Below, one piece after another: positions 36,001 through 48,679 of a stretch of DNA of 64,000 nucleotides. A model generated the notes under the pieces. It did no database searches and was not told the origin of the DNA. It worked only from the letters and a program-made list of their open reading frames with translations. The position numbers were made by a program, and so were the translations under genes. Position 1 is the first letter of the stretch; each line of letters starts with the position of its first letter. Source of the DNA: Macrostomum lignano (taxonomy: Eukaryota); the NCBI GenBank assembly GCA_002269645.1, contig NIVC01003825.1, positions 11,068 through 75,067 of the forward strand. The letters are read 5' to 3'.

Positions 36001-39000
36001 CAGTTAATGTTAGTTTCCGCTACCAGAAAGCTTTAACAGAATTGCATAGGGAAAATGTACTTACAGATTTCTGAAAATAATTACGACTGAAAACAAAGAT
36101 TAACACATTTGAAACGGACAGTACATTGAAAACTATTAAATTGGACTGACTTCCAACCAACAAAACTGTTTTCAGTGCTTTACAGTCCAGTGTGCTGACA
36201 AGTTTGTAAATACAGAATACGTTTGAAATGCAAAAATAGGGAGATCCAACAGGAGACACGAGAGAGAAGTAGAGGGAGACAATGGGAGAGGGAGAGGAGG
36301 GGAGAGGAAGAGGAGAGAGAGAAAGGGAAGAGAGGGAGGGGAGAGGGAGAGGAGAGAGAGCAAGTGAAGAGAGGGGGGAAAGGAAGAGGAGAGACAAAGG
36401 GAAGAGAGGGAGGGGAGAGGGAGAGGAGAGAGAGAAAGGGAAGAGAGGGAGGGGAGAGGGAGAGGAGAGAGAGAAAGGGAAGAGAGGGAGGGGAGAGGGA
36501 GAGGAGAGAGAGCAAGGGAAGAGAGGGAGGGAGAGGAAGAGGAGAGAGAGAAAGGGAAGAGATGGGGGAGAGGGAGAGGAGAGAGAGCAAGTGAAGAGAG
36601 GGGGGAAAGGAAGAGGAGAGACAAAGGGAAGAGAGGGAGGGGAGAGGGAGAGGAGAGAGAGAAAGGGAAGAGAGGGAGGGGAGAGGGAGAGGAGAGAGAG
36701 CAAGGGAAGAGAGTGAGGGAGAGGAAGAGGAGAGAGAGAAAGGGAAGAGATGGGGGAGAGGGAGAGGAGAGAGAGCAAGTGAAGAGAGGGGGGAAAGGAA
36801 GAGGAGAGACAAAGGGAAGAGAGGGAGGGGAGAGGGAGAGGAGAGAGAGAAAGGGAAGAGAGGGAGGGGAGAGGGAGAGGAGAGAGAGCAAGGGAAGAGA
36901 GTGAGGGAGAGGAAGAGGAGAGAGAGAAAGGGAAGAGATGGGGGAGAGGGAGAGGAGAGAGAGCAAGTGAAGAGAGGGGGGAAAGGAAGAGGAGAGACAA
37001 AGGGAAGAGAGGGAGGGGAGAGGGAGAGGAGAGAGAGAAAGGGGAGAGAGAGAAAGGGAAGAGAGGGAGGGGGAGGAAGAGGAGAGAGAGAAAGGGGAGA
37101 GAGGGAGGGGAGAGGGAGAGGAGAGAGAGAAAGGGAAGAGATGGGGGAAAGGAAGAGAGAGAGAAAGGGAAGAGATGGGGGAGAGGGAGAGGAGAGAGAG
37201 AAAGGGAAGAGAGGGGGGAAAGGAAGAGGAGAGAGAGAAAGGGAAGAGAGGGAGGGGAGAGGAAGAGGAGAGAGAGAAAGGGAAGAGAGGGGGGAAAGGA
37301 AGAGGAGAGAGAGAAAGGGAAGAGATGGGGGAAAGGAAGAGGAGAGAGAGAAAGGAAAGAGAGGGAGGGGAGAGGAAGAGAAGGTGGTAGGGAAAGAAAG
37401 GGGGAGGGACAGAAGGGGAGAGGAAGAGGGGAGGGACAGAAGGGGAGGTGCATGAAGGACTAGAATATGAATATGTGCAGAATATGTGCAGAATATGTTG
37501 ATAACAGGCATGGTCAGATGGAGGAGGCGACTACTAAATGTTGCAGCCACAAGCAGAATACTTCCAGAGGCCATAATGACAGACTTCTTAAAATGAATAA
37601 TGAGCCGTGACAGCAGTAGAATTCATGATTGCTGTGGCCCCAACACAGCAGCTCCATTTCGCAATATTAACCAAAGAGCTGCAAGCAGGCAACAGGAAAA
37701 GCGGCTGGCAAAGCTTACAGGCTGGATGATGCTGCTGTCAAACGATTGCAACGAGGCGACCTGCTAGCGTTGAACAGTTTAAAACAGATCAACTTACAGC
37801 ATGTGACCTCAGTGCAGTGTGAGCAGCATGGAACACGAGGAATCAAGCGAACTCAGGCAGAGCTGAGACGTAAATAAAAAATCCGACTTACCAGATTTTT
37901 GCTGAGCTTCAAGGTGAACGCATTCAGCCAGATCAGCGTGTCAAAGTCCAGCCTCAGGTGCAGAGGGCTCAGGTGCGCGTACAGGCAGGGCAAGGGGGCT
38001 GCGAGGGACAGAGGGGGGAATACACGAAAGAGTCTGTAAAACAGAGTGACCCACTATGAACCACAGAGTCCTCAATCTCAACCCTACAGAGTCCTCAATC
38101 TCAACCCTACAGAGTCCTCAATCTCAACCCTACAGAGTCCTCAATCTCAACCCTAGAGTCCTCAATCTCAACCCTACAGAGTCCTCAATGTCAACCCTAG
38201 AGTCCTCAATCTCAACCCTACAGAGTCCTCAATCTCAACCCTAGAGTCCTCAATCTCAACCCTACAGAGTCCTCAATCTCAACCCTACAGAGTCCTCAAT
38301 GTCAACCCTAGAGTCCTCAATCTCAACCCTACAGAGTCCTCAATCTCAACCCTAGAGTCCTCAATCTCAACCCTACAGAGTCCTCAATCTCAACCCTACA
38401 GAGTCCTCAATCTCAACCCTAGAGTCCTCAATCTCAACCCTACAGAGTCCTCAATGTCAACCCTAGAGTCCTCAATCTCAACCCTACAGAGTCCTCAATC
38501 TCAACCCTACAGAGTCCTCAATGTCAACCCTACAGAGTCCTCAATCTCAACCCTACAGAGTCCTCAATGTCAACCCTACAGAGTCCTCAATCTCAACCCC
38601 ACAGAGTCCTCAATCTCAACCCTACAGAGTCCTCAATGTCAACCCTACAGAGTCCTCAATCTCAACCCTACAGAGTCCTCAACCCTACAGAGTCCTCAAT
38701 CTCAACCCTACAGAGTCCTCAACCCTACAGAGTCCTCAATCTCAACCCTACAGAGTTCTCAATCTCAACCCTACAGAGTCCTCAATCTCAACCCTAGAGT
38801 CCTCAATCTCAACCCTAGAGTCCTCAATCTCAACTCTACAGAGTCCTCAATCTCAACCCTACAGAGTCCTCAATCTCAACCCTACAGAGTCCTCAATCTC
38901 AACCCTACAGAGTCCTCAATCTCAACCCTACAGAGTCCTCAGTCTCAACCCTACAGAGTCCTCAATCTCAACCCTACAGAGTCCTCAGTCTCAACCCTAC

Positions 39001-42000
39001 AGAGTCCTCAATCTCAACCCTACAGAGTCCTCAAACGCACATACAGTGCTCACCTGCGGCATCCACGGTGGCGGGGTAGAAGAACTCGGTGAAGTCAACG
39101 AAAGCGGTGACGGTGTTCCGGGGCAGCTGCAGCCGGGCCTTGTCCGAAGCCAGGAAAGGCGCCTTGTTGTTCTTGCTGGCGTCCGTGGAGGTCACGCAGC
39201 CCATGCAGAAGTCCTGCAGACTGACCGTCACGCAGCTCTCAATCAGCTGGTCGGTTTGGCAGCCGCCGCCCAGGGCTTCAACTCGCTGACAGTGCCACCG
39301 GTCGGCCTTCTCGTTCGCCTCGGTGTGCTGCAGCCACCGCCCGCTGCGGCCAGCAGCTGAATTAAATCGTTGATTGATTAATTGGCGATTTAATGATGAT
39401 TGATTGGTGATTTAATGATTATTGATAAGTGATTTTATGATGATTGATTGGTGATTTAATGATGATTGATAAGTGATTTTATGATGATTGATTGGTGATT
39501 TAATGATGATTGATAAGTGATTTTATGATGATTGATTGGCGATTTAATGATGATTGATTGGTTATTTAATGATGATTGATTGGCTATTTAATGATAATTG
39601 ATAAGTGATTTAATGATGATTGATAAGTGATTTAATGATGATTCATAAGTGATTTAATGATGATTGATTGGTGATTTAATGATGATTGATAAGTGATTTA
39701 ATGATGATTCATAAGTGATTTAATGATGATTGATTGGTGATTTAATGATGATTGATAAGTGATTTAATGGTGATTGATTTGGTTATTTAATGATAATTGA
39801 TAAGTGATTTAATGATGATTGATTGGTGATTTAATGATGATTGATAAGTGATTTTATGATGATTGATTGGTGATTTAATGATGATTGATACGTGATTTAA
39901 TGATGATTGATTGGTGGTTAAATGATGATTGATTGGTTATTTAATGATGATTGATTGGTGATTTAATGATGATTGATTGGTGATTTAATGATGATTGATT
40001 GGTGATTTAATGATGATTGATTGGTGATTTAATGATGATTGATAAGTGATTTAATGGTGATTGATTAATGATTTCATGATTATTGATTGGTTTCTTCACG
40101 ATGATTGATTAATGATTTAATAGTGATTGATTGATCATTCAGTTATAATTGATTAGTGATTTAATGAGACAGGCAATTACCGAATGGGTGCATCGGATAC
40201 AGGTGAAAGCCAATGTTGAGCAGGGTGAGTTGGATTGCGCCGTTCACTACTGAACTTTCGCTTAGCTTTGAGTCTGCAAATTTATAATTATAACGCCGGT
40301 TAGTGCTGGGGTTCGGACAGTGGACAGTAGCTAGGGTTCCGGATAGAGGACATTACGAGCGTAGGGCTCGGACAGAGGACAGGGTTCGGAAATTGGACAC
40401 TAGGGTTCGGAAATTGGACACTAGGGTTCGGACAGGACAGTATAGGGCGCGGACAGAGGACAATATAGGGCTCGGACAGAGGCCAGTAGGACTCGGACAG
40501 AGACCAGTAGGGCTCAGACAGAGACCAGCAGGGCTCAGACAGAGACCAGTAGGGCTCGGACAGAGACCAGTAGGGCTCAGACAGAGACCAGTAAGGCTCG
40601 GACAGAGACCAGTAGGGCTCAGACAGAGACCAGTAGGGCTCAGACAGAGACCAGTAGGGCTCAGACAGAGACCAGTAGGGCTCAGACAGAGACCAGTAGG
40701 GCTCAGACAGAGACCAGTAGGGCTCAGACAGAGACCAGTAGGGCTCAGACAGAGACCAGTAGGGCTCAGACAGAGACCAGTAGGGCTCAGACAGAGACCA
40801 GTAGGGCTCAGACAGAGACCAGTAGGGCTCGGACAGAGACCAGTAGGGCTCAGACAGAGACCAGTAAGGCTCGAACAGAGGATCAGACAATAAGGCTCGG
40901 ACAGTGAACAATGGACCTCGGACAGAAGCTACGCACCAGATGAGCTCTCCTCGCAAAAGTGCAGGTCCACCCGGCCAGTGTGCAGGTGGTAGGAGGTCTC
41001 AAGAATGTCGAATCGGCGAAACGCCAGCTCGCTGGAGCTCTCCGAGGAGGCGCCGCTGGCGGCGGACTGGCGCTGCTGCTGCAGCTGCTGGGCCGGAGAC
41101 AGGGCGGAGGCGTGCGACAGCCGGTGCTGGCTGGGCACGGAAGGCCCCGGCCCCAGGCTCTGCTGGAAGCAGAAATTCAGGCGGAACAGAATATTCTCAG
41201 GCATCTTAGAGGGGCGATTAGAGGCAAAGCTCTGTGGCTTTTTGGATCCCAGTGGTTTATTGAGTGACTCTCACAGTGGTATATTGAGTGATTCTCACAT
41301 TGGTATATGAGGTGATTCTCATATTGGTATATGGAGTGACTCTCACAGTGGTATATGGAGTGACTCTCACAGTGCTATATGGAGTGATTCTCACAGTGCT
41401 ATATGGAGTGACTCTCACAGTGCTATATGGAGTGATTCTCACAGTGCTATATGGAGTGACTCTCACAGTGGTATATGGAGTGATTCTCACAGTGCTATAT
41501 GGAGTGACTCTCACAGTGGTATATGGAGTGATTCTCACAGTGCTATATGGAGTGACTCTCACAGTGCTATATGGAGTGATTCTCACAGTGCTATATGGAG
41601 TGACTCTCACAGTGGTATATGGAGTGATTCTCACAGTGCTATATGGAGTGACTCTCACAGTGGTATATGGAGTGATTCTCACAGTGCTATATGGAGTGAC
41701 TCTCACAGTGGTATATGGAGTGACTCTCACAGTGGTATATGGAGTGACTCTCACAGTGCTATATGGAGTGACTCTCACAGTGCTATATGGAGTGACTCTC
41801 ACAGTGCTATATGGAGTGACTCTCACAGTGGTATATGGAGTAACTCTCACAGTGCTATATGGAGTGACTCTCACAGTGGTATATGGAGTGACTCTCACAG
41901 TGCTATATGGAGTGACTCTCACAGTGGTATATGGAGTGATTCTCACAGTGGTATATGGAGTGATTCTCACAGTGGTATATGGAGTGATTCTCACAGTGCT

Positions 42001-45000
42001 ATATGGAGTGACTCTCACAGTGGTATATGGAGTGACTCTCACAGTGGTATATGGAATGATTCCTCAATCTGCCTTCACTCAAAGCCAGTCTCATCGCGTT
42101 AGTTTACGCACCTCCAGCTTCTTCTTAGCCAGCTGCTTGGATTGCTGCTTTGATTTCTCCACGCTTTTCTGCAGCGACTTCACGAACATTACGGTAGCCT
42201 CCAGCTGAGAGACAGTCAGCACCCACAGCAGGTCGTCCAACAACAGTTCGAGACGGGAGGCCACGATGCGCGAGTCTGGGGAAATGGCGCCAAGATTTTT
42301 ACACTTGCAAAGCCTTTCAGATATGAATTCCAGGCTTCCCGCACCGCATAGAAAAATATCTTAAGAATTGTTCGATGGAGCCGTCTGTGAGCACGATTAG
42401 AAGAGAGGGGGTTCCAGAGAGGCGGCAGGGAATCAGAAATGGGCAGCAGATAAAATAGTGGCTTAGGGAAATAATTACAAGGAGGATAGAGAGAGAGACG
42501 GGAGGTGGGGGCAGGGGGCAGAGATGGTGAGGGGAACGAGGGAGGGATGGGAGAGGAGGGTGAGAGGGAGAGGGGAAAGAGGAGGGATGAGGGTGAGGTG
42601 AGAGGGGAGAGGGAGGGAGGAAGAGGTGAAGAAAGAGGAAAGGGGAGAGGGGGGAGAGGGAAGGAGGTGTGAGGGGAGGGTACAGGGGAGAGGGATAGGC
42701 CAAGGGAAGAGAGGGCAAGGAAGAGAGGGCAGGGAAGAGGGCAGGGATGAGAGGGCAGGGATGAGAGGGCAGGGATGAGAGGGCAGGGATGAGAGGGCAG
42801 GGATGAGGGCAGGGAAGAGAGGGCAGGGATGAGAGGGCAGGGATGAGAGGGCAGGGATGAGAGGGCAGGGATGAGGGCAGGGAAGAGAGGGCAGGGATGA
42901 GAGGGCAGGGATGAGAGGGCAGGGATGAGAGGGCAGGGATGAGAGGGCAGGGATGAGAGGGCAGGGATGAGAGGGCAGAGATGAGAGGGCAGGGATGAGA
43001 GGGCAGGGATGAGAGGGCAGGGATGAGAGGGCAGGGATGAGAGGGCAGGGATGAGAGGGCAGGGATGAGAGGGCAGGGATGAGAGGGCAGGGATGAGAGG
43101 GCAGGGATGAGAGGGCAGGGATGAGAGGGCATGGATGAGAGGGCAGGGATGAGGGCAGGGAAGAGAGGGCAGGGATGAGGGCAGGGAAGAGAGGGCAGGG
43201 ATGAGAGGGCAGGGATGAGAGGGCAGGGATGAGAGGGCAGGGATGAGAGGGCAGAGATGAGAGGGCAGGGATGAGAGGGCAGGGATGAGAGGGCAGGGAT
43301 GAGAGGGCAGGGATGAGAGGGCAGGGATGAGAGGGCAGAGATGAGAGGGCAGGGATGAGAGGGCAGGGATGAGAGGGCAGGGATGAGAGGGCAGGGATGA
43401 GGGCAGGGAAGAGAGGGCAGGGATGAGAGGGCAGGGATGAGAGGGCAGGGATGAGAGGGCAGGGATGAGAGGGCAGGGATGAGAGGGCAGGGATGAGAGG
43501 GCAGGGATGAGAGGGCAGGGATGAGAGGGCAGGGATGAGAGGGCAGGGAAGAGAGGGCAGGGATGAGAGGGCATGGATGAGGGCAGGGAAGAGAGGGCAG
43601 GGAAGAGAGGGCAGGGATGAGGGCAGGGAAGAGAGGGCAGGGATGAGAGGGCAGGGATGAGAGGGCAGGGATGAGAGGGCAGGGATGAGAGGGCAGGGAA
43701 GAGATGAAGGAGAGAGAAGGGAGCTAACTAAATAAGCTACTGGGTACAAGGAGGTGAAGAAGCCAAATAAGACAAATTCAAATCCACAGTAATGAATATT
43801 CAGCAAAATTAATGAAAGCGCAGCCAGGCCCCCAGCCTTACCGGCTAGGTTCTTCTTCATGGTCAGCCGAATCCGCGATGTGTTGGTGATGAGGCGCACC
43901 AGCGTGCCGCCCCAGTCCTCTGAGTTGCCAGCCTCGAACCGCGTGGTTTCCCACACCACCTCCTTGAACAGCAGGATCTGGTCTCGAGCCCGGCTGCGCA
44001 GGTAGGTGAACTTCAGGTCTCCCTTCGTCCAGGTGGGCAGCACTGAATACAGATGGACCCGGGATAGCTGGAAAAGTTGGGAGAATAGGGATCTAGTTTT
44101 GGGACTAGGGATTTCATTATGGGACTAGGGATCTCATTGTGGGATTACGGATCACATTGTGGGATTAGGGATCTAATTGTGGGATTAGGGATCTGATGAT
44201 CATAGGATTAGGGATCTGAAGATCATAGGAGTTGGGATCTGATGATCATAGGATTTTGGATCTGATGATCATGGGATTAGGGATTTGATTATCATGGGAT
44301 TAGGGATCTGATGATCATGGGATTAGGGATTTGATTATCATGGGATTTAGGGATTTGATGATCATGGATTAAGGATCTGATGAACATGGAATAGCGGATC
44401 AGGATCAGCATACTAAGGATCGGGCCATGGGATTAGATGGAAATTTGGGATCGAATGCATTTCGAATGGGGTTCAAGGAATTACTCCCAAAACATTTTTG
44501 CTGCCAGCATTCGGTGTCCAGAGAGAGCATTACCTCACATCGAATGCATCTGCCATTTGCTCTACTTAGCTTTGTACCTGTGTTTATCAATTCTCTTTGC
44601 TCTGGGCCGAAATGCACCAGTGATTGAGTACAAAAGGAATCTGAAATGACACGCAAAGCTCGCACCTGAATAGACGCTCGAAACGCCTTGGCAACGAAGA
44701 CGATGGCCACCGAGTTCACGCACAGATCGATGCCGTCAATAACTTTATCAGCGAAGCTGTAGCGCCCGTCGGAGGTTTTGTCCTTGTAGCTGGCCGTGTC
44801 GGAGCTGTGCGGCGGCCGAGGGCTGTCCAAGGCTTCAATTTCAACCGTGACCTCATCCAGGGTGAGGCAGAGCGGCTGCTTCTGCAGTTTGGTCCACTGG
44901 CAGCGGATGCAGACCCGGTTGCAGCGGGCGCTGCGCAGCCGCAGCCAGGTGGGCAGGTCCAGCAGCTGCATGATGGCCTCCTCGTTCAGCTCCAGGTTGG

Positions 45001-46302
45001 TGAGCTCGCCTTCGCCTTTCACAAAGCTCAGCTTCAGGTGCTCTGGAGACAGGTTCTTGGCGAATCTGATGGTGGTGAGTGGGGAGCAACTGCTCTCAGC
45101 CAATAGCCTTTGCGTGTCAGCCAATAGACATGGGTTTGTTGCCAATAGAAACAGCTGGGTGATTCCCAAGGTTGCACATGCATGCCTCCCATTATCCTTT
45201 TCAATATGCATTCATCATACCTCACTACACAAAACCAATTGCCAACAACTTCAAACTATCAATGCAGGGTTCTCATCCTCTTAAAATAAGGTAAGCTCCA
45301 AATAAAGTAAACAAAGCCATATATACTATAAAGCTATAATCTGTTGAGTATACCTGAACTTTTGTTAAACTAATCAGCAATATAGATAAAATCATTGTCA
45401 ATGAAGCTAAACTTTTATATTCAAATTAAAGCTATTGCTATATTATACACCTTAAAAAAGTATAAAAAGAATTGCCAATAGTTGAAAAAGATTAATATAT
45501 ATTCTAGATTTTAATTTTTATGAATGAGAGAAAGCGTGGGCGAGCATTTTGCAATGAGCAATTGAGGAAGTTCAGGAGGATGAGTATTATATTTTAAGTT
45601 CTATCATGCTATCCTAGAGTAAGGAATTTTTAGCTATGCTAATGAAGTCTTTGGTAACAAGATTTATTAAATTTAAAATGGCAGCTAGTAATTAAAAACT
45701 TGTTATAGATACTGACTCATATTTATACATAGCAGTAAGGTATTAATAGATAATAGCTATAAAATATTTTAACCAAAATTTAAACTTATTTAAATTTTCT
45801 ATTTAAATTTTTTTTGTATTAATAAATTTTACCAAAACCATATAATCTTTCTTAAGACACTTTTGTAAAGGTATTATACAATCATAGTAGAAGTCTAGCA
45901 TACTTAGGCCTTGCATAGAAATAAAGAATTGGATTGTGCAAATATCTCATTTGGCTATTTTTATATCTTATTAATGCTTTTTAGTATGAAGCTATATAGT
46001 AGTTTTTTATAAGTATCAAACTTACAATTAATATTAATAAGGCCTATTACCATCTCGATTTGTATCATGTAATGACAATGTTATTTAGTGTCTAAATGTT
46101 GCATTATATCATTTTTAAACTACCAATGGCTAAGCTTAGAAATTTTTGACAATGCCTTTTTAAAACAGAAAACAAAAATTCAATACCTTTGAAAAATATG
46201 ATAAAATGAAAATTATAGCACTATTAGAATAATCTTTACTTACCTAGACAAGTAGTGCAAAATAGGATTTTTTGCTATGTTGAATAAATTTCCAAATACC
46301 AT
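30060..46302 (-). CDS. BLTP3: Bridge-like lipid transfer protein family member 3 (UHRF1BP1/UHRF1BP1L/SHIP164 type, Chorein-N), 13 exons, ~1214 aa
   Basis: Exons (minus): 46244-46302, 44666-45065, 43842-44067, 42112-42275, 40937-41162, 40181-40273, 39054-39356, 37892-37998, 35854-35925, 33997-34992, 33159-33842, 30573-30687, 30060-30259. Total 3645 nt, phases consistent. Motifs match recalled UHRF1BP1L: ILHYLSRFAKNLSPEHLKLSFVKGEGELTNLELNE, LDLPTWL, YSFADKVIDG, FKEVVW, LLLDDLLWVLT, FDILETSYHL, GAIQLT..YPMH, DFTEFFYP, LIWLNAF, C-terminal coiled coil. The exon 10 donor is the least certain boundary. Confidence 0.92.
30288..30552. repeat. Intronic minisatellite, 20-bp unit GACCCATCCTGAATCTCCAT
   Basis: Fills BLTP3 intron 30260-30572; same unit as 35604-35800. 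Confidence 0.93.
30694..31600. repeat. Intronic minisatellite, 22-23-bp unit GGGTGAATGGGATTTGCAATAT
   Basis: Begins within ~10 bp of the exon 12 acceptor; BLTP3 intron 30688-33158. Confidence 0.93.
32040..33120. repeat. Intronic minisatellite, 12-bp units CTGGGAGTGCCA/CAGGGAGTGCTA, ending in a GGAGTGCCATCGGGAGTGACAAAA variant
   Basis: Source of the ALPV, GVPL and TPSG repetitive ORFs; same intron, adjacent to the exon 11 donor. Confidence 0.93.
35030..35560. repeat. Intronic minisatellite, 23-bp unit CCTGAATATACTGTCCTCAGGGG
   Basis: Period 23 (GCCTGAA at 35091 and 35114); BLTP3 intron 34993-35853. Confidence 0.92.
35604..35800. repeat. Intronic minisatellite, 20-bp unit GACCCATCCTGAATCTCCAT (second locus)
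   Basis: Identical unit, including the GACCAATCC variant, to 30288-30552. Confidence 0.93.
36260..37450. repeat. Polypurine (GA) repeat tract with duplicated internal blocks
   Basis: Almost only G/A on plus; the GAGCAAGTGAAGAGAGGGGGG landmark recurs several times; BLTP3 intron 35926-37891. Confidence 0.9.
38055..39033. repeat. Intronic minisatellite, 23-bp unit AGAGTCCTCAATCTCAACCCTAC
   Basis: Fills BLTP3 intron 37999-39053. Confidence 0.95.
39362..40165. repeat. Intronic AT-rich minisatellite, 22-bp unit TTGATTGGTGATTTAATGATGA
   Basis: Fills BLTP3 intron 39357-40180. Confidence 0.93.
40310..40925. repeat. Intronic minisatellite, 21-bp unit CAGAGACCAGTAGGGCTCAGA with degenerate flanks
   Basis: Fills BLTP3 intron 40274-40936. 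Confidence 0.93.
41262..42060. repeat. Intronic minisatellite, 24-bp unit GGAGTGACTCTCACAGTGCTATAT
   Basis: Fills BLTP3 intron 41163-42111. Confidence 0.95.
42480..43720. repeat. Intronic purine-rich minisatellite, 14-bp unit GAGAGGGCAGGGAT
   Basis: About 70 copies plus a GA-rich flank; BLTP3 intron 42276-43841. Confidence 0.95.
44090..44410. repeat. Intronic degenerate minisatellite, ~23-bp unit GGGATTAGGGATCTGATGATCAT
   Basis: BLTP3 intron 44068-44665, adjacent to the exon 3 acceptor. Confidence 0.85.
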
Positions 46303-47419
46303 CTTGATTTTTCTTTATTAGGCCTATACTTTGTATGTCTATAGCATCAGTTACAGATAAACTATGTGGGAAGATGTCAACAAGTTAATGAAAGGTAAAG
46401 GAATTATGACTACTGTAGATTTGTGTAACAAATAATTGATAAAGTCAAAGGTATGATTGATATGATTTAAATTTATGTTGTAAATAAAAAGTTAGAATAG
46501 AAAGAGAAGTGCTTCAACTCGTTATTTATTCACATTGTTTGGGTGACTAACAACCGTCTATTATGTCTATACTACAGCTGCAATCCAGAAAACTCATTAA
46601 ACTTTAGTAATAACGAATCATCTATTACCAGGCGATGGCATGGTTGGTACGTGATGTCGCATCACACTTAATAAACTGCATTTGTATTTTAGCCCATGGA
46701 TTAGAGGAAAATCATGTAAAAATGTAGTCAAAATATCTGACTTGATATGTAAAACTTTAGTGTTGCAGTATATAGAAAAATCAATGCAATTGCTTTGCCT
46801 GTTGACTGAATATCCCAAGTCTATAAGGATTAATCTCTTCCTCCTACGCAGCTTTCAGTTTCTTTGAAAAACGAAATTTTGAACTTTTCAGCTGTGAAAC
46901 AAAAAGCTAAACATTTAAAACTACAAAAAAATACTAAACAGTTACCAAATCTGTTTACAGTATCATACTTTCATGATTTATGAAAATATCATGCAAAGCT
47001 ATTATTTTTTAAAAATAGTGTGTGAAATTTCAAACAACTACATTTTATTAGAACCCCGAGCAAAAGTCACATCCAATTTTTTACTGATGATGGTGTACAA
47101 GCAGTGCAACTACGGGAATCTGATTGATGTTATAAAATTACGAAAAGTAAACTCAAATAATGGGACTAAAATATAATATATGCGTTATCAGAAAAGACGA
47201 TGTTGCTGTTACGTAGTATCGTTACGGGCCTCTTCATTTTTGCGTACATAACAACATTCATCTGCATGATTAATGCCCACTTTTTACATAGACAGCCTAG
47301 TGCCTGCCTACTAGCATCGCCAATGCCATAATTGGCATGAATATACTCAACAACAGTCAAAATTTCTGCACAAATCACGTGTAGCTAGAGAGAAACACTT
47401 CTAATTTAAAATGCACAGT

Positions 47420-47614
47420 CAGTGGTGGATTTAGCAGAGGGGTGCACACTGCACAGCATGTACCCCCCCCCACGTACGATATACCCCCCATTGAGTTTGA
47501 TTTTTTAAATTTTTATATGGGAAATACACATCATGTACTTGTGCATGATATTCATATACATGTACCTTAGTAGTCTATACCCTCTATTCAAAATTTTCTG
47601 GATTTGCAAGTATG
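47420..47614. mobile_element. Possible degenerate MITE with CAGTGG(C/T)GGATTTAG-type terminus
   Basis: CAGTGGTGGATTTAGCAGAGGGGTGCAC...CCCCCCCC at the left; degenerate AAAATTTTCTGGATTTGCAAGTATG at the right. This resembles recalled GGCGGAT-type MITE ends, but the match is weak. Confidence 0.3.
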
Positions 47615-48679
47615 GTATAGTAAAGTTAAATAAAAATATTTAAACAAAATGACAGTAAATCCTGCAACCTAATGATAACATACTCTTGAAATAATCCAAA
47701 TATACCATGTTTCTATATTGAGAAATATTTTAAGGGAAGAAAGCAATATAGTTGAATATAGCTACATCAATAGGCCTAGATACATTTGATTTTGATTCCT
47801 ATGCTAACTATAGGGCCTAACTTATTTCATTTCTATAAGATGAGTGGCCATATAATTTAGTGGAGCCTATGCAGTATGCATAATAGTTCAAAACTAATGA
47901 GGTTGTCACCTAATCTGCCAACCCCCCAAGAGCCAAGAGGTGGTGCCAAATGTTAAAAAGTTCTAGTATGCCTATAAATAATATCTTCTAAAGTATAATA
48001 TTAGTCCTAAATACAAGTTTTAAAAAATATTGTTTCTATTCTTTTACAATATTTTTCAGACTTTAGTTTGACTCTATTTATTAATAGACAAAATGCTTAC
48101 AGATAAATAGTCTAGTACCTTAGTACAATAGCAAGATACTTATATGCCTATAAATAAGTGCTTTTATCTAAGAGTCAATGGAGCCAAGTAGGTATAATTG
48201 CCTTTAGTATTAATCAATAAAGCAATAATAAGTAAATAAATTTAGAAGAATTATAAGTATGCATATACTATTGCCAACCAATCCAACTTTCAAAAATTTT
48301 GGTAGACTAAAGATAAGTTAGAAAATTAGATTCAACAAAATTTTAGGTAATTTGCAAAAATAAACAACATAATTTTATTCATAACTAAGTTATATAATTA
48401 GTATATTTTCAATCTAGAGGTTAGGTCAATGCATATAAAATTAGACATTTATATAGATAGCATCAGCTAATAGCCATTCCCCATGGAGATAAAAGGGGCT
48501 ATATTGTAACAATCTTATGCATAGCAGTATAAACTTTTATTCAATAGATTATATATTCTTGCTTTTGCTTTATAATACAGCCATATATAATAATAATACT
48601 AACTTTTAATGAAGTATTGAATAGAGAAAGTATTTAATCAGCATTGATTGCCAAATCACATTTTTATTTTTCAGACACT

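Noticed and set aside
36020-43574. Leu/Pro/Ser-rich and Glu/Arg/Gly-rich ORFs up to ~520 aa
   Set aside because: Low-complexity purine/pyrimidine tracts and tandem arrays in introns.
46618-47378. Short ORFs in the AT-rich spacer
   Set aside because: 60-70 aa, no motifs, no splice support.
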